Source: Trichormus sp. ATA11-4-KO1
GTDB taxonomy: Bacteria; Cyanobacteriota; Cyanobacteriia; Cyanobacteriales; Nostocaceae
Direction of reading: 5' to 3'
Assembly (NCBI GenBank): GCA_019358915.1
Contig: JAHHIM010000015.1
Coordinates: 34,249 to 98,248 of the forward strand
Length of the DNA stretch: 64,000 nt
Below, piece after piece: positions 19,795 to 30,269 of the stretch. Numbering within the stretch: position 1 is the stretch's first letter; each line of letters starts with the position of its first letter. A model generated the notes under the pieces. That model did no database searches, had not been told where the DNA came from, and saw only the letters and a list, made by a program, of their open reading frames with translations. Position numbers and translations under genes: made by a program.

Positions 19795-20865
19795 TTACAC
19801 TCGTTGAAAAACTGTTTCGGCAGCAGAATTTACGGCTTGTCTGAGTTCTTGGAGTTTGGCAGCCACCGCACCACTAACTAATAATTCTTCCGCCTTGGCT
19901 AAACCCGATGGCATATCTGAACAAATGCCACTGCGCCAGAGATAAAACCCACCATTCCATAGGGCTGTTTGTAGTAATTCACTGGGTTCACCAACTAAAA
20001 ATCCCTGGATTTGTGCAAGTAATTCTTCAGTACTTCCTAGGGGGACATTTTTAGTAGTAAAACCATAATCATGGGGTGATAGTAATAACCTTTCTATCTC
20101 TTGGGGCGTTTTCGACAAAGCAATAATTGCCGTGCGATCGCGTGGTAAATCACAACTACCTTCCAATCCCTTAACTAAGGTAAATTTTGTCACGCCCCGC
20201 AATTCCAAGGCTACCTGAAACATGGCTTCTGTGGGAGGATGAACAAACCCAGCCACAAGATGAGCATCCCCAGCATAGGGACACCAAATTAATTCCATTG
20301 TCGCCAAGGGTGGGCGCTTACCGAGTTGGTCGCGATATTCCCACATAGTGTTAGTTAACGGAAAATGCACAGGTGTATAAAGCAAGCCGATATTTGTTTG
20401 CTCAAACACCTGCTGGGTTTTTGCTAATGGTAAGGCAGTCCAATCAACACCTAAACCTTGCCAAATATCTACTAATGGTAAGCCATACTTTGTTGGTAAG
20501 CAATCGCCTCCGTGCATCACTACTGGTTGTCCAGCTGCGGCGAGTAGTAAAGCTATAACTGGGCTAATGGGTGCTGTGCGCGTTCTGCCATCATAAGGTA
20601 GTCCCAAAACCATTGCTGGGCGTGCAGCAGCGATTGGTTGCAGTTTTGGCCCCAATTCATCATAGGCATCCAACATCCCTGCTAACTCTTCCCCCGTGGG
20701 GCGTTTGATGCGGTGGGCTATTAAAAATGCCCCAATTTGCGCTGGTTTTGCTTCACCCAGTAGCATCATTTTCGTAGCGGTGGCTGCTTCAGCACGAGTT
20801 AAATTCTCTGCTGTATGGTTTCCGCTACCTACCTTTTTGAGTAAATCCCTGAATGCGTTGCTCAT
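19795..20865 (-). CDS. cnaT: Anthranilate phosphoribosyltransferase-like protein CnaT
   Basis: AQIGAFLIAHRIKRPTGEEL, YDGRTRT, KGLEGS; immediately downstream of ntcB as in Anabaena. Confidence 0.75.
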   Translation of the reverse strand: MSNAFRDLLKKVGSGNHTAENLTRAEAATATKMMLLGEAKPAQIGAFLIAHRIKRPTGEELAGMLDAYDELGPKLQPIAAARPAMVLGLPYDGRTRTAPISPVIALLLAAAGQPVVMHGGDCLPTKYGLPLVDIWQGLGVDWTALPLAKTQQVFEQTNIGLLYTPVHFPLTNTMWEYRDQLGKRPPLATMELIWCPYAGDAHLVAGFVHPPTEAMFQVALELRGVTKFTLVKGLEGSCDLPRDRTAIIALSKTPQEIERLLLSPHDYGFTTKNVPLGSTEELLAQIQGFLVGEPSELLQTALWNGGFYLWRSGICSDMPSGLAKAEELLVSGAVAAKLQELRQAVNSAAETVFQRV

Positions 20866-20908
20866 GGCAGCGATTAGTCAACGGTCAACATTTTGACTAA
20901 TCATAACT

Positions 20909-21832
20909 TTAGGAAGCCGATCGCTGTTGCGCAAATTGTGGTGGGATATTTTCCTGCACGAGTCGCCAAAAGTTTTGGATGGGAGGAATCTGGAGGCGAT
21001 CTTGAGTAGTTACCATGACTACTCCACGAGTAAAGCCACCATTATCAGCTAAGGGTCGCACAGCTAGGCTGGGGTCATGAAGTGCTTCCATGAGTGCTGA
21101 GTGAGGTAGCAAAGCCACCAATTCTCCTTGGCGCACTACTCCCCGAAAGGCATCTAGGGTATTTACCTCTAAAGCTGCTTGAAGTTTAGCTTCCAGCCGC
21201 TCAAATTTATCTTGTACCAAGCGTTGCATCCCATAACCATCTTTAAAAACCACTTGTGGATAACGCACTAACTCCGACCAAGGAATACGTTCATATTGGG
21301 CTAGGGGATGATTGGCTGCTGTGAGGACTTCTATCGGTTCTTCATATAGTGGTTCTACCACCATTTCTCTGCTAGTGGTTAAAAAGCGATTATTCATCAC
21401 AATTGCCAGATCCACCAATCCATCTTTGAGGACCTTTAAAGCGCGATCGCTACCCAAGGATGTGACTCGCAATTGCACTTGTGGGTAATCATGACAAAAT
21501 TTTTGTAACACTGGTGGCAAGTAAGAGGCACACAGCGAGTGAATCGCGGCAATACAAAGTTCTGGTTGCTTTCCGGCAATTAAATCTGTTAATTCTTGTG
21601 TAGCAGTTTGCCACTCTTGGCAAATTTTGCGGACACGAGGTAGCAAGCATTCACCACCTAGAGTCAGTTTGGCATGACTGCTGCGGTGAAATAGTTCTAC
21701 CCCTAAATCAGCTTCTAGAGATTGAATTTGACGACTGATAGTCGATTGAGTAACATTACATCTTCGGGCTGCTTGTTGAAAGCTGCCGGTTTCCGCGATC
21801 GCCAGAAAGGCTTGCAACTGCTCTAGCCGCAT
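20909..21832 (-). CDS. ntcB: LysR-type regulator NtcB (nitrate assimilation)
   Basis: LysR HTH (GSFQQAARRCNVTQSTISRQIQSLE); cnaT-like neighbour; canonical NtcA promoter upstream. Confidence 0.8.
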   Translation of the reverse strand: MRLEQLQAFLAIAETGSFQQAARRCNVTQSTISRQIQSLEADLGVELFHRSSHAKLTLGGECLLPRVRKICQEWQTATQELTDLIAGKQPELCIAAIHSLCASYLPPVLQKFCHDYPQVQLRVTSLGSDRALKVLKDGLVDLAIVMNNRFLTTSREMVVEPLYEEPIEVLTAANHPLAQYERIPWSELVRYPQVVFKDGYGMQRLVQDKFERLEAKLQAALEVNTLDAFRGVVRQGELVALLPHSALMEALHDPSLAVRPLADNGGFTRGVVMVTTQDRLQIPPIQNFWRLVQENIPPQFAQQRSAS

Positions 21833-21868
21833 GTTTATGTAGCCTGAATTACACTGATGGCATTCACT

Positions 21869-21910
21869 AAATTAACGGATTTTGAGCAGCAATTTAGTAG
21901 AGTTTGTTAC
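21869..21910 (-). promoter_or_regulatory. NtcA-activated promoter of ntcB
   Basis: The minus strand reads GTAACAAACTCTAC (21910-21897), then exactly 22 nt, then TAATTT. This is the GTA-N8-TAC-N22-TAN3T consensus. Confidence 0.85.
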
Positions 21911-21943
21911 AAAGTCCCTTTAGGACAGGTGACAGGTGACAGT

Positions 21944-22507
21944 ATGGGAATACTCGATGATCAATTAAATAAAGCAGAAATACGCCGTCGTCTACTGAAA
22001 AAACGGCAATCAATACCCCTTCAAGAATGGAGAGAAAAAAGCGATCGCATCTGTACGCAACTGCAAAACTCTACTTTATTTACCCAAGCAAAAACCATAC
22101 TGGCTTATTTCAGCTTTCGTCAAGAACCTGATCTCAGTCCCTTATTTACCGACACCAAATATCGTTGGGGATTTCCGCGCTGCATTGGTAAGTCTCTGAA
22201 CTGGCATCTCTGGAAACCCCAAGATGCTCTTCAAGTTGGTAGTTATGGCATTACCGAACCCCATCCCCACGCCCCAACGATAGATCCTGTGGAAGTAGAT
22301 TTGATTCTCATTCCCGGTGTTGCTTGCGACTATCAAGGCTATCGCCTGGGCTATGGTGGAGGATATTATGACCGCTTACTCAGTTCACCAGACTGGGCTA
22401 ACAAACCAACCATAGGCATTGTCTTTGATTTTGCTTATTTGCCCCAAATACCTATTGAAACTTGGGATAAACCATTACAATTAGTTATTACTGAAAACCA
22501 CTTTTAA
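21944..22507 (+). CDS. 5-formyltetrahydrofolate cyclo-ligase
   Basis: KAEIRRRLL, YGITEP, DLILIPGVACD, RLGYGGGYYDRLL. ATG at 21944 is preferred over 21857, which would run across the ntcB promoter. Confidence 0.9.
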   Translation: MGILDDQLNKAEIRRRLLKKRQSIPLQEWREKSDRICTQLQNSTLFTQAKTILAYFSFRQEPDLSPLFTDTKYRWGFPRCIGKSLNWHLWKPQDALQVGSYGITEPHPHAPTIDPVEVDLILIPGVACDYQGYRLGYGGGYYDRLLSSPDWANKPTIGIVFDFAYLPQIPIETWDKPLQLVITENHF

Positions 22508-22521
22508 CCAAAAATTAAAAG

Positions 22522-22714
22522 TAGGACTTACGCAAAAATTGCCAAAAACCTTGATTATCGTTCGCGTAGCGTGCGCGAAGCGCATACCGCCCTTCTCCTA
22601 TGGTCGTCGCTACGCGAACGGGTTCACCAGTCGCCTAGGTTGGGAGACCCGCGCGCAGCGATGCCCGCAAGGGCTGTAGAACGCCAAGAAATCGTAGAGT
22701 CTGCGTAAGTCCTA
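22522..22714. mobile_element. MITE with TAGGACTTACGCA termini carrying nested small GC-rich repeats
   Basis: TAGGACTTACGCA (22522-22534) and TGCGTAAGTCCTA (22702-22714) are perfect inverted ends. Internal CGTTCGCGTAGCG and CGCTACGCGAACG units. Confidence 0.8.
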
Positions 22715-22927
22715 AAAAGGATGCAAGAAAGCGAATTTATTTATGGAAAAGAAAAAAATGCAGAGCAACATTATTCAAGCCTCCAGATTCATCTGTGGGG
22801 TCTTCAATTTTTAATTTTTAATTTTTAATTTTTAATTCACCGAATGTGCTGACCCTTTGTTATTGTCAGAACCTATCTTGGGCATACTAACTTGTAATCC
22901 TAATGGTAACTGCTAAGGGTAGAACCT

Positions 22928-25900
22928 ATGAGTTTAATCAGAACTGACCTAAAAATCCCTGGTTACTGCATCGGTGAACAAATCTATGAGAGTTCTAGTA
23001 CTGTTGTATATCGGGGAAAGGTAGAAGCTGAATCTGTGCCTGTTGTGATCAAATTCATGCGGAATCAATACCCCAATTTTAGTGAACTTGTCCAATTCCG
23101 CAACCAATATACCATTGCCAAAAACCTGGATATTCCTGGGATTGTCAAGCCGTACAGTTTAGAACTGTGTGGCAATCGGTATGCTTTGATTATGGAGGAT
23201 TTTGGGGGCATTTCGCTTAAGGAAGAAATGAGAAGACGGGAAAACCTGGACTTGCAGATTCAGGACAATGGTGGAATTAATAATATTAGTGAATTTTTAC
23301 ACATTGCTCGGCAACTTGCCATAATTTTGGATGGAGTCCACAGGTATCGGGTAATTCACAAAGACATCAAACCAGCTAATATTCTGATTAACCCCGATAG
23401 TCGGCAGGTAAAGTTAATTGACTTCTCCATTGCCTCTCTCCTACCTAGAGAAACTCAAGAAATTTACAATCCTAATGTTCTTGAAGGTACTCTTGCCTAT
23501 CTGTCTCCTGAACAAACTGGACGAATGAACCGGGGTATTGATTACCGCAGTGATTTCTACTCTCTTGGTGTCACTTTTTATGAACTGCTCACAGGACAAT
23601 TGCCTTTCCAGTCAAATGATCCCATGGAACTGGTACATTGTCACATCGCTAAACAACCCCCTGCCATCCAAGACCTTAATCTAGACATTCCCGCAGCGCT
23701 GTCAAATATCGTCTATAAACTGATGGACAAGAACGCAGAAGAGCGCTATCAGAGTGCTTTAGGGCTAAAGTATGACTTAGAACAATGTCTGCACCAGTGG
23801 CAAGAAAATCAGCAAATTTTTCACTTTGTCTTGGGACAGCAGGATGTTTGCGATCGCTTTATAATCTCAGAAAAGCTCTATGGTCGCCAAACAGAGGTAA
23901 ATAACCTCTTGGCAGCCTTTGACCGTATCAGCTGCGGTAGCAGTGAGTTGATACTGGTTGCAGGGTTCTCTGGGATTGGTAAAACAGCAGTAGTGAATGA
24001 AGTACATAAACCCATTGCCCGACAACGCGGCTACTTCATCAAAGGCAAATTTGACCAATTCCAGCGCAACATTCCCTTTTTTGCCTTTGTACAGGCTTTT
24101 CGAGATTTGATGGGGCAATTGCTTTCAGAAACAGATACTCAATTAGAACAGTGGAAATCTCAGATTCTGACTGCACTGGGTGAAAATGGTCAAGTAATCA
24201 TTGAGGTGATTCCAGAACTAGAACATATCATTGGCAAACAGCCATCTGTGGCAAAATTGTCGGGTAATGCGGCACAAAATCGCTTCAATTTACTATTTCA
24301 GCAATTCATTCAAGTTTTTACTACCCAAGAACATCCTTTAGTGATCTTTCTAGACGATTTGCAATGGGCAGATTCGGCATCGCTGAAGTTGATGCAATTA
24401 CTGATGGGTAAAACCAAAATTGGCTATTTGTTGGTAATTGGGGCGTATCGAGATAATGAAGTTAGTCCGATTCATCCTTTGATGTTAACCCTAGATGAAA
24501 TTCGCCAAGCAGAGACCACGGTTAACATCATAATTTTATCTCCACTTACTGAATCCCATATTAGCCAGTTGGTTGCTGATACTCTCAGTTGTTCTCCAGA
24601 ATTGGCCGCACCATTGACGGAGTTGGTATATCAGAAAACTCATGGCAATCCTTTCTTTACCAATCAGTTTCTTAAGTCCTTACATGAAGACGGATGGATT
24701 AATTTTAACCGGGAAAGTGGTTATTGGCAGAGTGATATTACTCAAGTTAGAGCTTTAGCACTAACCGACAATGTCGTGGAATTTATGGCAACTCAGTTGC
24801 AGAAGTTACCAAGAGAAACTCAGCAAGTTTTGCAACTAGCAGCGTGTATTGGCAACTCGTTTGATTTAGCAACACTGGCAATTGTGTATGAGAAATCTCA
24901 GGCAGAAACAGCAATAGACCTCTGGAAAGCCTTACAGGAAGGTTTAATTTTACCCCTGACAGAAGTTTATAAGTTTTTCCAGGATGATGAATCTATGACA
25001 TCAGCAACTGCTCAGACTGCAATTTCTTACCGATTTTTACATGACCGTGTACAGCAAGCTGCATACTCATTAATTCCGGCGGAACAAAAACAGAAAACTC
25101 ATCTGCAAATTGGACAATTACTATTAAATAATCTGTCAGAATTAGAGCGGGAAGAAAAGATTTTCGATATTGTGAATCAGTTGAATATTGGAGCAACTTT
25201 CATTACTCAAGAACCTCAACAAAAGCAACTGATTCAATTAAATTTAAATGCAGGATGTAAAGCTAAAAATTCTACAGCTTATGCATCGGCTGTGGAATAT
25301 TTTTGTACTGGAATCAATTTCTTGGCAGAAGATAGCTGGCAAAGTGATTATGATTTAACGTTTATCTTGCATAGAGAACTTGCAGAATCTGAGTTTCTCA
25401 ATGGCGATTTTGAAACATCTTTAGCATTAATTAACCAGATTTTAGCTCAAGCCAAATCCTGCATTGATCAGGCTGAAGTGTATGAATTACTGATCATCCA
25501 GTATAGCCTTACGGCGCAGTTTTCCGAAGCAATTCAAACTGGAATTACAGCACTGCGTTTACTAGATGTGGAAATTGCTCCACCAAATTTAGATACGGAT
25601 GTACAAAAAGAATTAGCAGAGGCCAAACAGAACTTAGGCGATCGCCAAATTTCCTCTTTGATTGATTTACCAGAAATGGTAGATATAAAACAGCAATTAG
25701 TAGTGAGATTATTGATTGCTTTAGTCCCACCCGCTTACGTTACTTCTAATTTTAGCTTGTATATGCTGGTTTCGCTAAAAGCCATGAATATCTCAATTCA
25801 GTATGGCAATATGCCAGAATCAGCGATGGGATATTCCGGTTATGGGCTAATTTTAGGCTCAGTTTTGGGTAATTATCAATCTGGGTATGAATTCGGTTTA

Positions 25901-28387
25901 CTTGGTTTTAAATTAAGTCAAAAGTTTAATTATTTAGCTCAACTTTGCCAAACCAGTTTTGTTCTAGCAAATTTTATTCATGTTTGGGCTAAACCAATTC
26001 AAGGTGTAACTTTAATTAATGATGAAGGATATCAAGCGGGTTTAAACTCAGGGGATTTACAACATGCTGGTTATCATATTTCTGGTAAGGCTTGTAATCA
26101 ATTATTCCAGGGAACTCAACTAGATATGATTCTGGCGGATATTGTGAAATATCTACCATTTATTACTAGTACTAAGAATCAATCTGCTGATTATATCTTA
26201 CAGGGAATTCAGTTTTTTGTTTTGGATTTGGTGAAACCATTATTTGCCAAAGAACAAATTGCCGATTTTGATTTACGTAAAAACAAATTTGTAGAGCAAT
26301 GTCAATCTTCTCACAGCTTTTTTGCGTTGTGTCTTTATGATGTTTTTCAAATGCAATTAGCCTGCATCAAGCGAAATTTTGCTCAGGGATTCAATCATGC
26401 TTTAGCAGCCAGCAAAATCCTCAATAGTATTGCCGGACATACAACTTATTCTAAATATAATTTTTACTATTCTCTCATCTTATTAAACCTTTATCCAGAA
26501 GCTTCATTAGATGAACAAAATGAATACCACAAACAGGTAGAAACGAATCAAACACAGCTAAAAATTTGGGCTGATATTTGTCCAGAAAACTTTCTACATA
26601 AATATTTGCTAGTAGAGGCAGAACTAAGCCGCGTGACTGGTAAATCTTTAGTAGCAGTGGATTTGTACGATCGCGCGATCCAGTCAGCCAGAGATCATGG
26701 GTTGATCCACAATGAAGCATTAGCAAATGAATTTACAGCCAAATTCTATTTAGACTGGGGTAAGCATCGCATTGCTCAGGAGTATCTGACACAAGCCTAC
26801 TATAGCTATATCCGTTGGGGCGCTCAAGCTAAAGTCCAGGATTTAGAACAACGGTATCCACAACTTTTAGAGCCTATTTTGCAACAGACTCCCACAGCGT
26901 TCACCGCTAATGAAACGATCGTTGCATTGTCTCAATCAAGTACCAGTACCTCATCTTCTAGTAGCGCTTCAGTTACTTTAGATTTGGCAACAATTTTAAA
27001 AGTTTCCCAAACCCTCTCTAGCGAAATTCAGTTGCAGAAATTGCTTTCTACTTTGATGCAAGTAGTTATTGCCAACGCGGGAGCCGAAAAATGCGTGTTA
27101 ATCTTACTTGAAGATCAGCGTTTGATGATTCAGGCGATCGCTTATTCAACACAAGCACCTACTGTTTTACAATCAATGCCAGTAGAGGAAAGCCAAGAGA
27201 TTCCGCTAACTTTAATCAACATTGTGAAGCGCCGACTGGAACCTGCGGTAATCATGAATGCAGCCGTGCATCCATCGTTGCTAGCTGACCCCTATATTGT
27301 GCAGCAACAACCTAAAAGCTTGCTGTGTACACCCATTCTGCATCAAGGCAAACTGCTGGGGATTTTATATCTAGAGAATAACCTGACCACGGGTGCATTT
27401 ACCAGCGATCGCGTCGAAATTCTCAACTTGCTCTGTTCCCAAGCAGCTATTTCCTTGGAAAATGCGCGTCTTTACCAGCAGTCCCAGAACTATGCTCAAC
27501 AAATTGAACAATCTCTGAACGAATTACGGCAGATGCAACTGCAACTAGTGCAGAGTGAGAAAATGTCTGCTTTAGGTAACCTCGTGGCTGGGGTAGCTCA
27601 CGAAATCAACAATCCTGTGGGCTTCATCTCCGGGAATTTGCAACCTGCTATTGACTATGTGCAGGATTTATTTAGCCTGATTGACCTTTATCAGGAACAT
27701 TATCCTCAACCTAGAGCAGAAATTGACGAACAAATTGCCACCATAGACCTAGAGTATATCCGCTCTGATCTGCCGAATTTAATTTCCACCATGAGAGAGG
27801 GTGTCAAGCGGATTCGGGGGATTAGCAACAGTTTACGAATTTTTTCGCGAGCAGATAGCGATCGCCCAATCATCTGCAATATTCACGATGGCATTGATAG
27901 TACTGTTCTGATTTTGAAACATCGTTTAAAAGCTAACGAGCAGCATCCTACCATTGAAGTAGTTCGAGATTATGGTAAATTGCCTCCTATAGAATGCTTT
28001 CCTGGACAACTTAATCAAGTATTCATGAATCTGTTAGCTAATGCGATTGATGCTTTAGAAGAAGCGAATACAGGGTATAGTTTTGCCGAAATTGCCGAAA
28101 ATCCCAATCAGATTACCATTAAAACTACTTTGAGTGAAGATGAAAATTATATTGTGATTCGCATTCAAGATAATGGCTTAGGCATGGCAGAGGAAGTAAA
28201 ACAGAAAATCTTTGACCATTTATTCACTACCAAAGGTGTGGGTAAAGGTACAGGATTAGGATTGGCGATCGCTCGACAGATTGTAGTTGAGAAGCATGGT
28301 GGAACGATTAACGTAGACTCTATACCAGGAGAAGGTACAGAGTTTATGATTACCTTGCCTGTGAAAGCTCAAGAGCAGAATCAATAG
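22928..28387 (+). CDS. Multidomain Ser/Thr kinase-AAA ATPase-GAF-histidine kinase (HstK-type)
   Basis: HKDIKPAN/DFS kinase, GFSGIGKT P-loop, LDDLQWAD, GAF (LYLENN), AHEINNP, GKGTGLGL. Confidence 0.93.
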   Translation: MSLIRTDLKIPGYCIGEQIYESSSTVVYRGKVEAESVPVVIKFMRNQYPNFSELVQFRNQYTIAKNLDIPGIVKPYSLELCGNRYALIMEDFGGISLKEEMRRRENLDLQIQDNGGINNISEFLHIARQLAIILDGVHRYRVIHKDIKPANILINPDSRQVKLIDFSIASLLPRETQEIYNPNVLEGTLAYLSPEQTGRMNRGIDYRSDFYSLGVTFYELLTGQLPFQSNDPMELVHCHIAKQPPAIQDLNLDIPAALSNIVYKLMDKNAEERYQSALGLKYDLEQCLHQWQENQQIFHFVLGQQDVCDRFIISEKLYGRQTEVNNLLAAFDRISCGSSELILVAGFSGIGKTAVVNEVHKPIARQRGYFIKGKFDQFQRNIPFFAFVQAFRDLMGQLLSETDTQLEQWKSQILTALGENGQVIIEVIPELEHIIGKQPSVAKLSGNAAQNRFNLLFQQFIQVFTTQEHPLVIFLDDLQWADSASLKLMQLLMGKTKIGYLLVIGAYRDNEVSPIHPLMLTLDEIRQAETTVNIIILSPLTESHISQLVADTLSCSPELAAPLTELVYQKTHGNPFFTNQFLKSLHEDGWINFNRESGYWQSDITQVRALALTDNVVEFMATQLQKLPRETQQVLQLAACIGNSFDLATLAIVYEKSQAETAIDLWKALQEGLILPLTEVYKFFQDDESMTSATAQTAISYRFLHDRVQQAAYSLIPAEQKQKTHLQIGQLLLNNLSELEREEKIFDIVNQLNIGATFITQEPQQKQLIQLNLNAGCKAKNSTAYASAVEYFCTGINFLAEDSWQSDYDLTFILHRELAESEFLNGDFETSLALINQILAQAKSCIDQAEVYELLIIQYSLTAQFSEAIQTGITALRLLDVEIAPPNLDTDVQKELAEAKQNLGDRQISSLIDLPEMVDIKQQLVVRLLIALVPPAYVTSNFSLYMLVSLKAMNISIQYGNMPESAMGYSGYGLILGSVLGNYQSGYEFGLLGFKLSQKFNYLAQLCQTSFVLANFIHVWAKPIQGVTLINDEGYQAGLNSGDLQHAGYHISGKACNQLFQGTQLDMILADIVKYLPFITSTKNQSADYILQGIQFFVLDLVKPLFAKEQIADFDLRKNKFVEQCQSSHSFFALCLYDVFQMQLACIKRNFAQGFNHALAASKILNSIAGHTTYSKYNFYYSLILLNLYPEASLDEQNEYHKQVETNQTQLKIWADICPENFLHKYLLVEAELSRVTGKSLVAVDLYDRAIQSARDHGLIHNEALANEFTAKFYLDWGKHRIAQEYLTQAYYSYIRWGAQAKVQDLEQRYPQLLEPILQQTPTAFTANETIVALSQSSTSTSSSSSASVTLDLATILKVSQTLSSEIQLQKLLSTLMQVVIANAGAEKCVLILLEDQRLMIQAIAYSTQAPTVLQSMPVEESQEIPLTLINIVKRRLEPAVIMNAAVHPSLLADPYIVQQQPKSLLCTPILHQGKLLGILYLENNLTTGAFTSDRVEILNLLCSQAAISLENARLYQQSQNYAQQIEQSLNELRQMQLQLVQSEKMSALGNLVAGVAHEINNPVGFISGNLQPAIDYVQDLFSLIDLYQEHYPQPRAEIDEQIATIDLEYIRSDLPNLISTMREGVKRIRGISNSLRIFSRADSDRPIICNIHDGIDSTVLILKHRLKANEQHPTIEVVRDYGKLPPIECFPGQLNQVFMNLLANAIDALEEANTGYSFAEIAENPNQITIKTTLSEDENYIVIRIQDNGLGMAEEVKQKIFDHLFTTKGVGKGTGLGLAIARQIVVEKHGGTINVDSIPGEGTEFMITLPVKAQEQNQ

Positions 28388-28406
28388 GACTTATACAACT
28401 AGCAAA

Positions 28407-29249
28407 ATGATTAATTTTAAAATCCCCAATTCACGACTAAAAATTTTATTAATTTATGGGTTATTAGCCGCGATCGCATTGGTAACGCTTTTTCCCTTGC
28501 TGTGGCTAATTAGTACAGCCTTGAAATCTCCCACAGAAAATATCTTGCAGTCGCCACCGCAGTTACTACCCAGTCAACCGACACTGGATAATTTTTTTAG
28601 TGTGTGGCGATCGCTACCTTTTGCACAATACTTATATAACAGTACCTTAGTGGCAGTGCTGACAGTGGGCTTAAATCTACTTTTTTGTGCTTTAGCCGCT
28701 TACCCGTTAGCCAGACTGTCATTTGTGGGGCGAGACTCGATTTTTATGGCGATCGTCTCGACAATCATGATTCCCTTCCAAATCGTCATGATTCCCCTGT
28801 ATATTTTGACAGTCCAGTTAGGTTTAAGAAATACTTATTTGGGCATAATTTTTCCTAGTTTAGCGTCTGCTTTTGGGATTTTTTTACTGCGACAAGCTTT
28901 TATGGGTGTGCCCAAAGAACTAGAAGAAGCTGCCCGCATGGATGGCAGTTCCGAGTTAGGCTTATGGTGGCATATCATGTTACCAGCAATTCGCCCAGCA
29001 TTGGTTACCCTGGCTATTTTTGTCTTCATCGGTGCTTGGAGTGACTTTCTTTGGCCTTTAATTGTCATCCAAGATGAAAGCTTATATACCTTACCTTTAG
29101 GAGTGGCAAAGTTAGCGGGTACGTTTTCTTTAGACTGGCGATTAGTAGCTGCGGGATCAATAATTTCTATTGCCCCAGTTCTGTTATTATTCTTATTTTT
29201 ACAGCGCTACATCGTACCGACGGAAACGGGTAGTGGTGTCAAGGGCTGA
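28407..29249 (+). CDS. Carbohydrate ABC transporter permease (MalG-like)
   Basis: EAA loop ELEEAARMDGSS, WSDFLWPL, FLQRYIV. Confidence 0.9.
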   Translation: MINFKIPNSRLKILLIYGLLAAIALVTLFPLLWLISTALKSPTENILQSPPQLLPSQPTLDNFFSVWRSLPFAQYLYNSTLVAVLTVGLNLLFCALAAYPLARLSFVGRDSIFMAIVSTIMIPFQIVMIPLYILTVQLGLRNTYLGIIFPSLASAFGIFLLRQAFMGVPKELEEAARMDGSSELGLWWHIMLPAIRPALVTLAIFVFIGAWSDFLWPLIVIQDESLYTLPLGVAKLAGTFSLDWRLVAAGSIISIAPVLLLFLFLQRYIVPTETGSGVKG

Positions 29250-29262
29250 ATCTATGTATTGA

Positions 29263-29706
29263 CTAATGACTTCGAGAAGTGGTCACATTCATATCATCGT
29301 TTAATCTCCGAATCAGGCGGGACAACTCTCTAATAATATTGACGGCAATTTCCGGAGTTTCTTCAATTGCGTCATATAGTTGCTCTTGGGTCAGTTCTAA
29401 AAACTCACAAGGTTCTAGAGTTGTCGCCGAAGCAGAACGGGGTTGAGTATCAAATACTGCCATCTCTCCAAAGTATTTTCCCTGTTCTACTTCTGCCAGT
29501 TTTTTATCCCCAATATGGACTTTAACTCTACCTGACACAACAATATAGAGCGATCGCCCCTCTTCTCCTTGTTTAAAAATAGTGTAATTAGCGGGAAATG
29601 ACAGTTCATGCATCACCGAAGTCAGCCGCACAATAAAATCATCACGCAATTCCTTAAAAATCGGCACTCTCCGGACAAATAATAAACGGTCAACGCTGCT
29701 GAGCAT
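29263..29706 (-). CDS. Stand-alone cyclic-nucleotide-binding domain protein
   Basis: IFKQGEEG, FGEMAVFDTQPRSASA; no HTH. Confidence 0.88.
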   Translation of the reverse strand: MLSSVDRLLFVRRVPIFKELRDDFIVRLTSVMHELSFPANYTIFKQGEEGRSLYIVVSGRVKVHIGDKKLAEVEQGKYFGEMAVFDTQPRSASATTLEPCEFLELTQEQLYDAIEETPEIAVNIIRELSRLIRRLNDDMNVTTSRSH

Positions 29707-30269
29707 AATTTAAAGTTAAAATTCACACATTAAAAATATCAAGGTCAGTAGGCTAGGGTTAAGTCAGTTTTCATCTGCTTGAGGATGCGATCGCCATATT
29801 CATCGATGTACCAGATGATGTCTAGGTTTTATGATTAGTTTATGTCCTCAGCTACGTGGTAACTGCGATAAATGCCATCGGGAGTCAGAATAGCCCTTGA
29901 ATTCATGAAATTATTGAAAGCGTGCAAGTTACATTGTTGCAAAAATCAAATAGAAGTCCTTTAGTGGCAATTTCTTGCAAGTATAAGCTACCAATTGGCG
30001 ATGATCGGATAAATCAGAGCAAAATTAGCCAGTTATCCGCAAATAAATTAAGCAATAGTCTCTCGCTTAAGGGGGAAGAAAGCAGATTACGTAAATAGTA
30101 ATATAAAAGAAAACCCGTGCCTTGAAAAGTTGTTGACAAACTATTGAAAGCACATAACTGGCAGATTGTCAGTACGAGTGATGAAAGTCTCAGTTGCTAC
30201 TGGTGTTAGCAGCTTAAACTTTTTCACCACTTACCAAAATTTGACCACTTTAGTACTTCGGGAAATTTT

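Noticed and set aside
21857..21943. N-terminal extension of the 5-formyl-THF cyclo-ligase in the ORF track
   Set aside because: It overlaps the NtcA promoter of ntcB and a GACAGGT repeat; family similarity starts after the ATG at 21944.
22806..22838. AATTTTT tandem run and other short tandem arrays as possible CRISPR repeats
   Set aside because: These are 7-mer STRRs without unique spacers, and no cas genes are present.
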